A stretch of DNA of 64,000 nt from Candidatus Bathyarchaeia archaeon (GCA_049521795.1 JBEKOM010000001.1:352001-416000), one strand, 5' to 3'; shown: positions 37,700-48,047, counted from the stretch's first letter. Notes: generated from the sequence alone by a model not told the origin. Numbers and translations: made by a program.

Positions 37700-38630
37700 C
37701 CTTGCCAATTCTTGTTATGAGTGCACTCACCATCAACGGCAGAATCAAGGAAGCGTCGCCTTCAATCATCGCCTTTCTCGCTTTTTCGCTTATTTTTCCC
37801 CATGACACGGCCTCTCGCGGTCTGGCGCCCGATAGACTGCCGTCCCATTCATCAGCAGTGCTGATGTACACCGCGTAGTCTAAACCACCTTTGAACTGGT
37901 TCCACCACAACGTGTGATGCTTTGATATTCCACCGCCCACGAGCAAAGCGCCACTTTTCTTCGCTTCAAAAACAATCTCGTTCAACTCTCCACAGTCTTT
38001 TAAAGGGTTGAGTCTGAAGTCGTGGTCCTGTGAGAAAAGCCACGTTTGGTATCCAACGGCTCCGTCTGTGATGCCTGGCACGAAGACGGGTATCTTGTTC
38101 TCTGCGGCCCAGTAGAGGATGGAGCTCTCATTGCATATGCTCTTCCCTATTTCTCGGCAAAGTTGGCCTGATGACAACTCTTTGATTCCTTTTTGCCACA
38201 AGCTTTGAAGCAGGGACCGCATCTTTTCTTCGATTATCATGCCGTAGCTTTCGTTTGGGACGAGAACGTTGCCTAAGCGGTTGATCTCTTCTCCGTGAAG
38301 CCTTGCGTCACTCATAAGAAATGAGCCTCTGTAGTAGTTCTTCCAGCACCTCGCGACGTCATGGTCAACGGTTCCGCAGGTCGTGACGACAACGTCAACG
38401 AGCTTTCTTTTCACAAGCTCCTTGAGGGCGCCTCTTGTTCCGGTGGCCACTAGGTTTCCCGTGAAGGAAAGGAATTTTACACATTTTTTGTCTTCAACCA
38501 TCCTTTCCATGATGTTTAGGCCCACGGCTAACTTTCCGGCTGTGAACCCCCAGGCTTTTTCCATCTGCGAGACAAGCTCGTCGACAGTCATTTTTTCAGA
38601 GAAAGCGTAGTCTTCAACAGCTTCTCTCAA
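37683..38630 (-). CDS. dys: Deoxyhypusine synthase
   Basis: SFTGNLVATG, GGGISKHH and DGSLSGARPREAVSWGK. Confidence 0.9.
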   Translation of the reverse strand: MREAVEDYAFSEKMTVDELVSQMEKAWGFTAGKLAVGLNIMERMVEDKKCVKFLSFTGNLVATGTRGALKELVKRKLVDVVVTTCGTVDHDVARCWKNYYRGSFLMSDARLHGEEINRLGNVLVPNESYGMIIEEKMRSLLQSLWQKGIKELSSGQLCREIGKSICNESSILYWAAENKIPVFVPGITDGAVGYQTWLFSQDHDFRLNPLKDCGELNEIVFEAKKSGALLVGGGISKHHTLWWNQFKGGLDYAVYISTADEWDGSLSGARPREAVSWGKISEKARKAMIEGDASLILPLMVSALITRIGKARRRR

Positions 38631-38632
38631 AG

Positions 38633-39568
38633 TCAGCTCTTTCCTCCGACAGCTTCGCAGTAGGTCTTGTAGATTATTCCAGCAGCTTCTTTGATGGCTT
38701 CTTGTTCTGATTTAGCGAGCAGGTCCCACAGGTCAGGTCCAAGAGACTTTGCGATTCGCGCTGGCACCGTGACGTAAACCGGTTCAGGCGTCGTCTCAAA
38801 CTTTGTCGGTCTGGAATAGCTTATGACTTTCCCTGTGTTCAACAGAATTCCCCGGACTATTTCTATGAAAGAGCCTGCTGGGCCATACCTTGTTCCGCCC
38901 AGAAAAGTTATGACTTGTCGGCTTACCTCTTTCACGTAGTTGTCACAGATTCCTCTGTCAAGCTTCTTTCCTGTTTTCTTCAAGTACTCCTCTAATTGCA
39001 GCCCGTTGATTTTGACTGTGCTCCACAGAAGAACTGCCGCTTCTCCGTGTTCGCCGCCCGCGTAGGCTTCAACGGCGCCGATTGGCACTTTCAGTTCTCG
39101 ACACAGAATGGTTCTGAACCTTGAAGTTTCAAGGTTTGTGCCCGTTCCTATGATGGACCTTAAGCCTCGTGCGGTTTTGTTGGCCAGAGTAGTCATTGCG
39201 TCAACAGGGTTGGTTATCACAAAATACCAAGCGTCGGGGTTGTTGTCAACTGTGTCCGCTACTACTTGCTGCACAGCCGCCGCGTTCTTTGCTGCCAGGT
39301 CTCTTCTGCTCATTTCTGGCGTTCTAGGAAACCCAGCAGCTATGACTATTAAGTCTGCGTCTTCAACTGACTTGCTGTTTTCGTAGGCGTTGATCTCCAC
39401 ATCAAAGCCGTGGCTAGCGATTGCGTGGTGCATCTCTTCTTTCGTCATCTCTGCAACTCTTGGCGCAGTGTCGACGAGTGACAGCTTAGTCACGTATCTT
39501 TCGAAGATCAGGGTGAAAGCCACTTGGCCACCTACGCGGCCTGTTCCAGCAACTGCAACGTGAACCAT
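38633..39568 (-). CDS. Malate/lactate dehydrogenase family (Arg at the specificity position suggests MDH)
   Basis: GTGRVG, AGFPRTPEMSRRDL, ITNPVD and GEHG. Confidence 0.85.
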   Translation of the reverse strand: MVHVAVAGTGRVGGQVAFTLIFERYVTKLSLVDTAPRVAEMTKEEMHHAIASHGFDVEINAYENSKSVEDADLIVIAAGFPRTPEMSRRDLAAKNAAAVQQVVADTVDNNPDAWYFVITNPVDAMTTLANKTARGLRSIIGTGTNLETSRFRTILCRELKVPIGAVEAYAGGEHGEAAVLLWSTVKINGLQLEEYLKKTGKKLDRGICDNYVKEVSRQVITFLGGTRYGPAGSFIEIVRGILLNTGKVISYSRPTKFETTPEPVYVTVPARIAKSLGPDLWDLLAKSEQEAIKEAAGIIYKTYCEAVGGKS

Positions 39569-39649
39569 CGTACCACTCCAATACGCATGTACGCTCAGCT
39601 TTTTATAAAACAATCGCGTCCTGAGTGAACGCTTTGATGGAAACGAGGG

Positions 39650-40528
39650 TTAGTCAACCAGATAGTCTATGATTTTTCCGTACAGGTCCTTGTTTCTGTA
39701 GTCTTCGTAGCCGGCGTAGATGCTCGGGTTGTCGTTAACTTCAACTACCACGTATTTGCCGTCAGCTTCTTTGATGTCCACGCCGTAGAGTCCGTGTCCG
39801 ATCACTTCGCAAGCCTTCAAAGCCAGTTCCTTAAGCGGTGTAGGCGCGTTTTCTCTTCTAAGCGAGAACGTCCTGCCCCAGACAAAGGTTGGCTTTCCTC
39901 TGAGTTTGGCACCATGCTTCCACCTGCCCTTAGGCATCATGTACTTGCACACGTACAGGACTTCGCGATTCAGGACTCCGACTCTCCAATCGAAAGAGGT
40001 AGGCATGAACGTTTGGACGGCGAGAAGGTCAGATTTTCTGAAGAATCTTCTAGCCACGTCGCGGAAGCTTGTTTCGCAAGCAACTTTCTCCACGTATCTT
40101 GAGAAGCTCGTGTATGGCGCTTTCACAACTACTGGTTTTCCAAGGTTTTCAAAGATCTCCAAGAACCGTTTGTGATGCATCTCATTCTTGTCCAGGAAGA
40201 GTGTTGGGATACTTGGTATGTCGTACTTTTCGAAAAGGTCGTACAAGTGGATTTTGTTCCCGCAGATCTGTATCGATTCCGGGTCGTCGACCACCTTCAG
40301 ACCCAGCTCCCACGCTGTTTTCGAAACCACGTAGGCCGTGAAAAGAGGGTCCGTCGTCGCCCTTATGAAAACCGCGTCGTACTTCGGGATTTCTGAGATG
40401 CCATCTCTGAACATGAAGTCGAACGCATGTCCCCTTTCCTCTGCAGTGCGCTTGAAATTCTCTAGGGCCCGCGTTTCCCTCAGATCAGAGAAGTTGTATT
40501 TCTCGACGAAACAGGCTATCCTAGCCAA
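39650..40528 (-). CDS. RimK-family ATP-grasp ligase
   Basis: DAVFIR, DWRVGVL, GLYGVDIKE and EVNDNPS. Confidence 0.88.
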   Translation of the reverse strand: MARIACFVEKYNFSDLRETRALENFKRTAEERGHAFDFMFRDGISEIPKYDAVFIRATTDPLFTAYVVSKTAWELGLKVVDDPESIQICGNKIHLYDLFEKYDIPSIPTLFLDKNEMHHKRFLEIFENLGKPVVVKAPYTSFSRYVEKVACETSFRDVARRFFRKSDLLAVQTFMPTSFDWRVGVLNREVLYVCKYMMPKGRWKHGAKLRGKPTFVWGRTFSLRRENAPTPLKELALKACEVIGHGLYGVDIKEADGKYVVVEVNDNPSIYAGYEDYRNKDLYGKIIDYLVD

Positions 40529-41213
40529 CTAGGTGTTCACCCTTGTTCGACATCCGAAAAATCTCTGTCGAAACCGTTTCCAAATCCGACGCGAAAACCT
40601 CCTCAATTCTTAGAGGCTGGAGCCCACACAGGTAGGCTTTGTCTTCAATGGTTTGAACGTGAAGTTTGCACATGGGGATCTTGAAGGTTTCATAGATCTT
40701 CTCCGAAATCTTTGCAACCTCTGCCTTATGGTCACATTTTCCAAAGATAGATTTGAACGAAAGCATCTCACCCTTCAGCGGCTGCACACAAACGGCGAAC
40801 TTGTAGTTCATGCTTAGACTCTTAACGGCCCTGTACAGGGCGCTTCTGTTTCCAGCGGTTTTGTAGCCTTCGTAGGAGAACGGGTTGACCGCGAAGACGA
40901 CAACTGGAAAAGCGAACTGAGATGTTACCTGTTTAACAGAACTTGTCATCAAATAGGGCAGAGTGGGAATCCCAGCTTTTGAAGCTTTAAGCAGTAAAAT
41001 CGGCGTTCTGCTGGCGTCAATTATGCTTTCCGTTGAAGGAATCACCGGATTGCCTAAAACCTCTGCGTGCATTGACACGTAGTAGCCCGTTTTCATGTAG
41101 CGATAGTCGGTGTTGAGGTTGAGAGTAAAATCTTTAATCGACGATTTGAGGAACGCAGATGGCTTCATCGTTGGCAGATCTGTCGTTAGGTCGATGTTAG
41201 AGACGACCAGCAC
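40521..41213 (-). CDS. RimK-like ATP-grasp N-terminal (RLAN) domain protein
   Basis: NLNTDYRYMKTGYYVSMHAEVLG..VIPS; overlaps the RimK gene. Confidence 0.75.
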   Translation of the reverse strand: MLVVSNIDLTTDLPTMKPSAFLKSSIKDFTLNLNTDYRYMKTGYYVSMHAEVLGNPVIPSTESIIDASRTPILLLKASKAGIPTLPYLMTSSVKQVTSQFAFPVVVFAVNPFSYEGYKTAGNRSALYRAVKSLSMNYKFAVCVQPLKGEMLSFKSIFGKCDHKAEVAKISEKIYETFKIPMCKLHVQTIEDKAYLCGLQPLRIEEVFASDLETVSTEIFRMSNKGEHLVG

Positions 41214-41624
41214 CCATTTGACACCAGGTAACTGAAAGGTTTCGTATTGCGGCTGCTATATTTAAGACTAACTACTACGTTTATATCAAATTTTGAACAA
41301 CGACTAAACACAGGCGGAAACTACGCACAAAACCCTAGAAGTACTGGGGCTAGAGCGTGAATTTTCCCGCGTGCGCTAAGAACCGCACGCAAAGTCTCTC
41401 TGTCTCTTTTGAAAATTGCTTTCGAAAATGCGTCTGAAGAGAAGTCTGCTGATAATAAGGAAAAGAATAACAAAGGGAACTTACTAGAAATCGTGCGGGA
41501 GAAGGTCCAGGTGAGAGGGCAGAAAACAGATCTCAGGAAAGCCATAATCAACGGTTATTCAAAACTTGCAGAAAGTCTTATTGACGATCAACCCCACTTC
41601 TGAAAGCAGCGACGGAGAAACTCT

Positions 41625-42179
41625 ATGTCCTCAAGAACCGAAAGCAAGAGGCAGACCGATTTTTTCGACACGTGCAGTCGATGCATCACTGTTTGGAGCT
41701 GTTGCCATGAAACGACGCCTCCGGTGACAGACAAACGCAGGAAAATCATAGAGGCTTATCTCAGAGCGAACAAGATTGGCGTCGAGAAGCCGTTTGTCGA
41801 GGCAGAATACGTTTTTCCACGATTGACCGCAGACGGTTACTGTGTCTTTCACGATAAGAAGACGAAGAAATGTCTCATTCACCCTGTGAAACCTGAAACA
41901 TGCGTCGCCGGACCGATAACCTTCGACATAAAAACAGAGGCTTCAAAAATTGAATGGTTCATAAAGATGGATAAGATATGCTCTCTCGCCGGACGAGTGT
42001 ACGAGGACAAGGCGTTACTGCAAAAACATGTTAACTCAGCGAAAAAAGAAATATCCAAACTCGTTAACGAACTTGATGCTGAAGCTCTAAGAGCCATACT
42101 GAAGAAAGACGAGCCAGAGACTTTCAAAATAGGCGAAGACAATCTAGGAAAGAACGCGTTAAACAAGCTTGCCCGTTGA
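41625..42179 (+). CDS. YkgJ family cysteine-cluster protein
   Basis: CSRC...CC, CVF, CLIHPVKPETCVAGP. Confidence 0.85.
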   Translation: MSSRTESKRQTDFFDTCSRCITVWSCCHETTPPVTDKRRKIIEAYLRANKIGVEKPFVEAEYVFPRLTADGYCVFHDKKTKKCLIHPVKPETCVAGPITFDIKTEASKIEWFIKMDKICSLAGRVYEDKALLQKHVNSAKKEISKLVNELDAEALRAILKKDEPETFKIGEDNLGKNALNKLAR

Positions 42180-42184
42180 TTGGA

Positions 42185-42303
42185 TGGCGGGCCCGAGGGG
42201 ATTTGAACCCCTGTTCTCCGGCTTTCTTCCATCTGTCGTGCCCGGAGGCTTGCGCATCCTTTTTCTTGATTCGACGCCTTAATCCAGACTGGGCTACGGG
42301 CCC
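42185..42303 (-). tRNA. tRNA-Arg(CCG) with two introns (29/30: 42250-42271; 37/38: 42224-42241), CCA encoded
   Basis: Removing both inserts gives a cloverleaf; each insert has a bulge-helix-bulge motif. Confidence 0.88.
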
Positions 42304-42349
42304 TCAGAATACAGTGAAGCGTAGCCGAATTAATTCTTGCTATGTCGGA

Positions 42350-42850
42350 TTACGTTTCGACTAGTTCTTCGTTTATCCACCAGGCCTTCTTTTTCCCAGA
42401 TTTTTCTCCAGGATAGTATTCTATTATGTGTTTTCCAAGCTGTTTTCTGGAAGTTTTCTGCATTCTTCTAAGCCTGTTCAGGACGAGCCACCTGTTTGTC
42501 TTCAAGTATTCTGCCAGTTCTGGCGTGGTGGCGCCCTTGTAATGCAGCAAATAATCGACTATTTTGTGGTCTATCTCGTCTAGGGCAAACGTATGAGGGT
42601 TCGTTGTTCCCCGCTCATAGGTGAGCAGTTCTAGGTCTGCTAGGTATTTTCTGATCTCGGACAAGTTCTTCTCCATCTTGTCTACGCGGTTTTTTAGCTC
42701 CAAAACTCTGTCTGGTCTGGGCGTTTTCTGCAGCTTTTCCATTATGGCGTCTCGAATGAAATTGCTGCGGTCTCCTTCTGGCACTCGCAGGAGCATTTCC
42801 TCGTAGACGTTTTCAGGAATCTTTGCAGAGACAACTTTTAACTCATCCAT
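42350..42850 (-). CDS. RHH + coiled coil + winged-HTH regulator
   Basis: VVSAKIPE...RSNFIRDAI and ATTPELAEYL. Confidence 0.75.
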   Translation of the reverse strand: MDELKVVSAKIPENVYEEMLLRVPEGDRSNFIRDAIMEKLQKTPRPDRVLELKNRVDKMEKNLSEIRKYLADLELLTYERGTTNPHTFALDEIDHKIVDYLLHYKGATTPELAEYLKTNRWLVLNRLRRMQKTSRKQLGKHIIEYYPGEKSGKKKAWWINEELVET

Positions 42851-43014
42851 TCAAGTGCCCTCACTTTTCAACTCTAGGAGTACTGTTTGGTTGATGGTGG
42901 CCTTATTGTTTTTCTCTTCGGAACTCTTTTAAAATCAACGGAGCAAAACATGAGCGAATAGGAAGTTCTGTAATCAAGCGTGGCTAGAAAGACGACGCGC
43001 GCTAGAGCGCGGCC

Positions 43015-43578
43015 CTATGCACCTCTAACCTTGGCCAGCTCTTCAAATCGCTTTTTTGCGACCTCGTAGAGCTTCTTCCGAAGGTCTTCCCCGTTCATCT
43101 TCTGTCCTCTGACGAGCAGTGTCTTCCTCGCCAGTTCAATATCGCCCAGATCAGTGAACCACGCTTCAAAATCCCCACGGTTTATGTGAAACTCTATCGA
43201 GCCTACGTCGATTCTCTGTATCTTTTCACAGAAGTCTCCGAGGCTCGCCGCAAAAACGTTCAAAGGCTTTCCAATGTCTGCGTAGAAGCGGAACGATTTT
43301 TCTGCGGGCAAATATTTCAAGATTTCTGCAGCTTTTTCTTTGTCAACCTCAGGAATGCCTAGAGTCTTCTTTCCCTTCTCTGTTATGACATAGATCCCCT
43401 TTTCAGGTGAGGTTACGCATTGCATCTTGGAGAGTCCTATGATGTGCATCATGACCGCGGGAAAATTCACACCGGTGTCTTTAGCTATTTCCGTCGCTTT
43501 TGCGGGCTTGTCAAGCATCCACATGGTTTCAAGAACCAAACGTTTAACAGGTGATACACTCATGATGTTGCACTTCAC
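43015..43578 (-). CDS. Winged-HTH + DUF5752-like protein
   Basis: KSFRFY...AASLGDF...SIEFHINRGDFEAW. Confidence 0.75.
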   Translation of the reverse strand: MKCNIMSVSPVKRLVLETMWMLDKPAKATEIAKDTGVNFPAVMMHIIGLSKMQCVTSPEKGIYVITEKGKKTLGIPEVDKEKAAEILKYLPAEKSFRFYADIGKPLNVFAASLGDFCEKIQRIDVGSIEFHINRGDFEAWFTDLGDIELARKTLLVRGQKMNGEDLRKKLYEVAKKRFEELAKVRGA

Positions 43579-43801
43579 CTAAGTGTGTTGCACCTGCCTA
43601 ATAGGTTTTTCACAATTCTCCGTTTTGAGAATCTGCCTTAAATGACAATTTGATGCTTGTACTTCTTTGGTTGACAAGGCCTCTATTCGGGGGTGGATGA
43701 CCCTCAATACGATCTGAAGTGTATGCTGAGTGAGCAAGGTAAATAAACCATTGTTCAATAACCATTAAGGAATTGTCGGTAGAGTGGACTGGTGAAAGGT
43801 A

Positions 43802-45052
43802 ATGAAGCTGTCTGTCCTTGTTTATGAGTACCCTCCGAAGATCGTTGGCGGCTTGGGCACCTACGCGGCTGAGATCACTAGGAAATTTGTTCTGACAGAC
43901 AATGATGTTACAGTCTTCACAATGAATGATGATGCTGGCAGTTTACCGACGCGGGAGATATGGCGCGGTATCGAAATTCATCGGCCGCTGCACATTGACA
44001 TCTCTGACTCGCTGCCTGACGTGGTCGCAGAGGACATAAAAAAGTGGGGCAGGGGGATTCAGCTGTTTTCGAAAATTCTCGTGTACAATTATCTGAGCGC
44101 TGCAAAGCTCGTTAATGAGCTGATAAGAAAGGAAGGCATAAAATTCGACCTCATCGTCGCTCATGACTGGCTTTCTGCTATAGGCGGAATGACTGTTAGG
44201 AAAGAGGCAGGATTGCCTTTTGCGTTCCACGTTCACTCAACAGAGAAAGGAAGAACGCTTGGAAACGGCTCTATCACGGTGAGCAACATCGAGCTTCACG
44301 CGGCAAGAGCAGCTGACCTGATTGTGACAGTTTCTTATGCGATGAAGGATGAGCTAATAGGCCTCGGATTTCCGAAAGAGAAAATTCAGGTTGCTTACAA
44401 TGGAGTTGACCCGCAGAAATACGACCCAGGGACCGTGACTGCTGAGCAGATCAAGAAGGTTAGAGCACTGTACGGCATTAAGGACGACGATTTCATGATT
44501 CTCTTCATAGGCAGGCTTGTGGGCGTCAAGGGTGTCGATAAGCTTGTGATGGCGTTGCCGCACATCTTGCAGAAAAACCCGAAGGTAAAACTCGTAATCG
44601 TCGGTCTCGGCGACCTTCAGGAATACTTGGTGAACCTGGTCAAAGCAACGAGGATGAGTGACTTCGTAAAGTTTCGTTTTGAGTTCATTCCTGAGGAAGA
44701 GCGCATCCTTCACTATGCAGCCTGTGACGTTGCGGTTTTCCCAAGCTTCTACGAACCTTTCGGAATAGTGGTTCTGGAGGCGATGAGCATGGAGCGTCCA
44801 GTCGTAGTGGGCGCCGCTGGCATCAGCGGGATGCGAGAGATCGTTGTCTGCTGCGGTGAGGAACAGTGCGGTTACCACATTGACCCGAACAATCCGTCGG
44901 ACATCGCTTGGGGCATAAACAGCGTCCTCGAAAGTGATGAGAAAAGGAAATGGCTTGGAAAAAACGGCAGACGCAGGGTTCTGAGCGAGTTCACGTGGGA
45001 CAAGATAGCCGAGAAAACGTTAGAACTTTATGAGCAGATTCTCAAGCGCTAA
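43802..45052 (+). CDS. GT4 glycosyltransferase (glycogen synthase-like)
   Basis: EYPPKIVGGLG, AHDW and EPFGIVVLEAM. Confidence 0.9.
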   Translation: MKLSVLVYEYPPKIVGGLGTYAAEITRKFVLTDNDVTVFTMNDDAGSLPTREIWRGIEIHRPLHIDISDSLPDVVAEDIKKWGRGIQLFSKILVYNYLSAAKLVNELIRKEGIKFDLIVAHDWLSAIGGMTVRKEAGLPFAFHVHSTEKGRTLGNGSITVSNIELHAARAADLIVTVSYAMKDELIGLGFPKEKIQVAYNGVDPQKYDPGTVTAEQIKKVRALYGIKDDDFMILFIGRLVGVKGVDKLVMALPHILQKNPKVKLVIVGLGDLQEYLVNLVKATRMSDFVKFRFEFIPEEERILHYAACDVAVFPSFYEPFGIVVLEAMSMERPVVVGAAGISGMREIVVCCGEEQCGYHIDPNNPSDIAWGINSVLESDEKRKWLGKNGRRRVLSEFTWDKIAEKTLELYEQILKR

Positions 45053-45066
45053 GCTTAAGTTCCGCG

Positions 45067-45717
45067 TTGAACGCAGTTTTCGTCGGTGACGCGTTGACCG
45101 CCGATTCTTTGAGTTCAAGACAAAAGGTCGCCATAGAAGCTGCTAATCTTCTTTACTACGGAGTTGAGAAAGAGTACAAGCAGGCCAAGTTGAAGGCTGC
45201 AAAAACGTTTGGGCTTCACTTCATGCCGACAAACCTTGACGTTGCCATGGAAATTGACAGGATCGCAGAGGAGAATGAGGGGGTTGCCAGACAGGAACGA
45301 TTGGTCAGGATGCGCAAAGAAGCTTTTAGGATCATGAACATTCTGAAGAGGTTCGACCCCCTGTTGGTTGGAAGCGTGTGGCGTGGCACGATTCACCACG
45401 ATAGCGACTTGGACATAATAGTTCATTATGAAGAACCTGAAGAAGTCTTGAAGGCGGTTGAACAAACAGGCTTAAAGATACTACGGTCTGAATGGGTCAA
45501 CGTTACGAAGAGGGGAAAGAAGAAAGGTTCTTTCCACATTCACGCGGAATCTCCGATTAAAGAGCAGGTTGAGATTCTTGTTCACAGTCCAGACGAAGCC
45601 TGTCTCAAGGAGAAATGCGAAGTGTACGGCGACGAAATAGTTGGTCTCCGTTTGCGGGAACTTGGGAAAGTTCTTGAAGAAACCCCAACTCGGAGGTTCG
45701 TTCCTCCTGAACGGTAA
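45067..45717 (+). CDS. Nucleotidyltransferase domain protein
   Basis: LVGSVWRG...SDLDI. Confidence 0.82.
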   Translation: MNAVFVGDALTADSLSSRQKVAIEAANLLYYGVEKEYKQAKLKAAKTFGLHFMPTNLDVAMEIDRIAEENEGVARQERLVRMRKEAFRIMNILKRFDPLLVGSVWRGTIHHDSDLDIIVHYEEPEEVLKAVEQTGLKILRSEWVNVTKRGKKKGSFHIHAESPIKEQVEILVHSPDEACLKEKCEVYGDEIVGLRLRELGKVLEETPTRRFVPPER

Positions 45718-45816
45718 AAACCTATGTCCAAGTGATGACAGACCAAAAAGGACGTTTAAATATTTGCGTTTTCCATAAATGGGTGAAGAAACACAGCCAG
45801 CTCTGAAGGTGCAACG

Positions 45817-46164
45817 TTGGAGCCTGAAAAGGAAACCTTCAAGAAGATGTTTCCAAACTTGGCCAAAGAATTAGGATCGGACGAGAACAAAGTCTCAGTC
45901 AATTCTGTGCGAACAGACGATGAGGCTGGAGAAAGGCATGTCACGAGAGAAAGATTCGTTCACTACGCACCTGATGTCATAGACTTCATTCGGAGATGCG
46001 ACACGACGGAGCAGGCAGAGGAGATCATTGATTACGTCGAAAAGAGAGGCGAAATCGATGGACTGTACGCTCATAAGCTGAAGAAGCAGCTCAAGGAGAA
46101 AGGTGTCAGAAGCTTCGGAGCAAAGAAAGAAGAGGACTACTACCTCAAACACGGAGAACTCTAA
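45817..46164 (+). CDS. DUF2095 family protein
   Basis: FKKMFPNLAKEL, PDVIDFIRRC and GVRSFG. Confidence 0.85.
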   Translation: MEPEKETFKKMFPNLAKELGSDENKVSVNSVRTDDEAGERHVTRERFVHYAPDVIDFIRRCDTTEQAEEIIDYVEKRGEIDGLYAHKLKKQLKEKGVRSFGAKKEEDYYLKHGEL

Positions 46165-46262
46165 CAAGAAAAGCACCGAAGTTTCCGGTATTGATTTTCA
46201 TTGTTCCCTTCAATGGGTAAGTATATACGTGACGCACGTGGTCTATCTGCAAAAGTAAATAA

Positions 46263-48047
46263 ATGGGCTCATCAATAGATAGGAAGCCTAAAACTTTAGG
46301 GAATGCAGTGGAGGACAACCGCTTGAGAAAGGCAACATGGGCGTTCACAATGCTGGCTGTAGCCATGATATTATTTGTCTCAATGTCATTCAACGCCAGA
46401 AACGTCAGGGCAGACGGGAACTACACTATACAACACGTCGACCACACGATAAGCGTCTTGTCCAACGGCTATGTTTTGATGAATGATACAGTAAAATTAT
46501 CAGGGCAAGCGCCCAACAGCTTTCTGCTCGGTTTCCCATACGCGTTTGGCCCTTACGTTCTACATTGCCTCGTTCTTGACGCTAGCAACAAGTCCAACAC
46601 TTTTCCCGTTAGCCTGAGCGAACCGTTGGAAGATCATATCGGCTTCTACGGTATAAAAGTGGATTTTTCAAAGGGCGCGCCGCAAGCCTTCAGCGTTCAA
46701 ATCTTGTTTTCAAACGCTCTGGTTGAACAGAACTCTCAGAATGCCACCGAGTTCGGTGTGATTTTTCCAACGTTTCCGAGTCTCTTGACGACTGTTGATA
46801 CTTTCAACGGTTCAGTAGTCTTGCCTAGAAACGCAGTCTACCTCCAGGCAACGCTCAGCAGTTTGACTTATTCGCAGACGAATTTGACGGCGTTTGCATA
46901 CAACTCGTCGACGGTGGTGTTTAATGTTGCTAATAACGAAATGCAGCTTTTTGACGTGGACCAGCTAAATCGCGGGATAAGCGTAAACGAGGTTGGTGAC
47001 ATAATGGGCACGGATTCCTATTACATAACAAACAAGGGGACAAACGCGATAAGTTCTGTTAACGTGCTTCTACCAGAGAACGCGTCTGACGTGAACGCGC
47101 AGGATCAATTTGGCCGAACAGCGGCCCAGCCAACGCAGACTATCGCTAACACGAGCCGCTACACAATAACTCTCCCAAAAGCTGTGGACCCTACAAAATC
47201 AAGCTTGTTCACCGTGACCTATAGCCTGCCGAGCGGACTCTACCTTGAACAGCAAGGTGGATCCAACAGTTTCGCTCTGAACATGATAATGTTCCAAGAC
47301 TTGGACTACTACATCAACAGGACAGCGGTAACCTTCGTCTTGCCCGAAGGTGCAACGTTACAGTCGTTTGAAAACTCTTTGGCTGGCGACTCATACGGCA
47401 TTAGCAAGAACGTCTTCCAGGAAGGGGCAGTCATAAACACGCAGGGCGTGATCTCGTTAGACAGCTTCAGTGTCAGAATAGTCTACGATTACAGCCCTTT
47501 ATGGGTGGGTTTTCGGCCCACTATATGGGTTTTGGCCCTGGCAATGGTCGGGTGCTTGGCCGTTGTCGTCGTGAGGAGACCAAAAGCCCCGGCACCTGTC
47601 GCCGTGCCTACGGCTGGCCTGAGAGTTCGTCCGGAATACATCAGGTCTTTCGTGGAGTCATACGAGGAGAGGATGAAGATAGTTTCTGAAATCGACTCTC
47701 TCGATAGCAAAGCTCAGAAAGGCAGGTTACCTAGGCAACGGTACAAGGTACAACGAAGAACCTTGGAAACGCGTCTCAACTCACTGTCTAGAAACTTGAC
47801 AGAAGTCAAAGAAAGGATGAGATCGACTGGCGGTCACTACGCGAGTTTGATGCGTGAACTCGAAGTGGCAGAGACTGGAATGAATGAATACGAAGCTAAC
47901 GTGAAAACCATTGAAGCACGCCATAGCCGCGGAGAACTTTCGTTGGAAGCATACCGAAAGCTTCTAGGAGACTACCAGCGCAGAAAAGAAAGGAGCGAAG
48001 CAGCCATAAAGGGAATCCTCCTGAGACTACGTGAAGAAATTCGCTAA
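46263..48047 (+). CDS. Ribophorin I-like membrane protein
   Basis: Signal peptide, two beta-sandwich repeats, single TM and cytosolic coiled-coil bundle. Confidence 0.6.
   Translation: MGSSIDRKPKTLGNAVEDNRLRKATWAFTMLAVAMILFVSMSFNARNVRADGNYTIQHVDHTISVLSNGYVLMNDTVKLSGQAPNSFLLGFPYAFGPYVLHCLVLDASNKSNTFPVSLSEPLEDHIGFYGIKVDFSKGAPQAFSVQILFSNALVEQNSQNATEFGVIFPTFPSLLTTVDTFNGSVVLPRNAVYLQATLSSLTYSQTNLTAFAYNSSTVVFNVANNEMQLFDVDQLNRGISVNEVGDIMGTDSYYITNKGTNAISSVNVLLPENASDVNAQDQFGRTAAQPTQTIANTSRYTITLPKAVDPTKSSLFTVTYSLPSGLYLEQQGGSNSFALNMIMFQDLDYYINRTAVTFVLPEGATLQSFENSLAGDSYGISKNVFQEGAVINTQGVISLDSFSVRIVYDYSPLWVGFRPTIWVLALAMVGCLAVVVVRRPKAPAPVAVPTAGLRVRPEYIRSFVESYEERMKIVSEIDSLDSKAQKGRLPRQRYKVQRRTLETRLNSLSRNLTEVKERMRSTGGHYASLMRELEVAETGMNEYEANVKTIEARHSRGELSLEAYRKLLGDYQRRKERSEAAIKGILLRLREEIR

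Noticed and set aside
41321-41603. Short ORFs in the RLAN-YkgJ gap
   Set aside because: No motifs; likely divergent promoter DNA.
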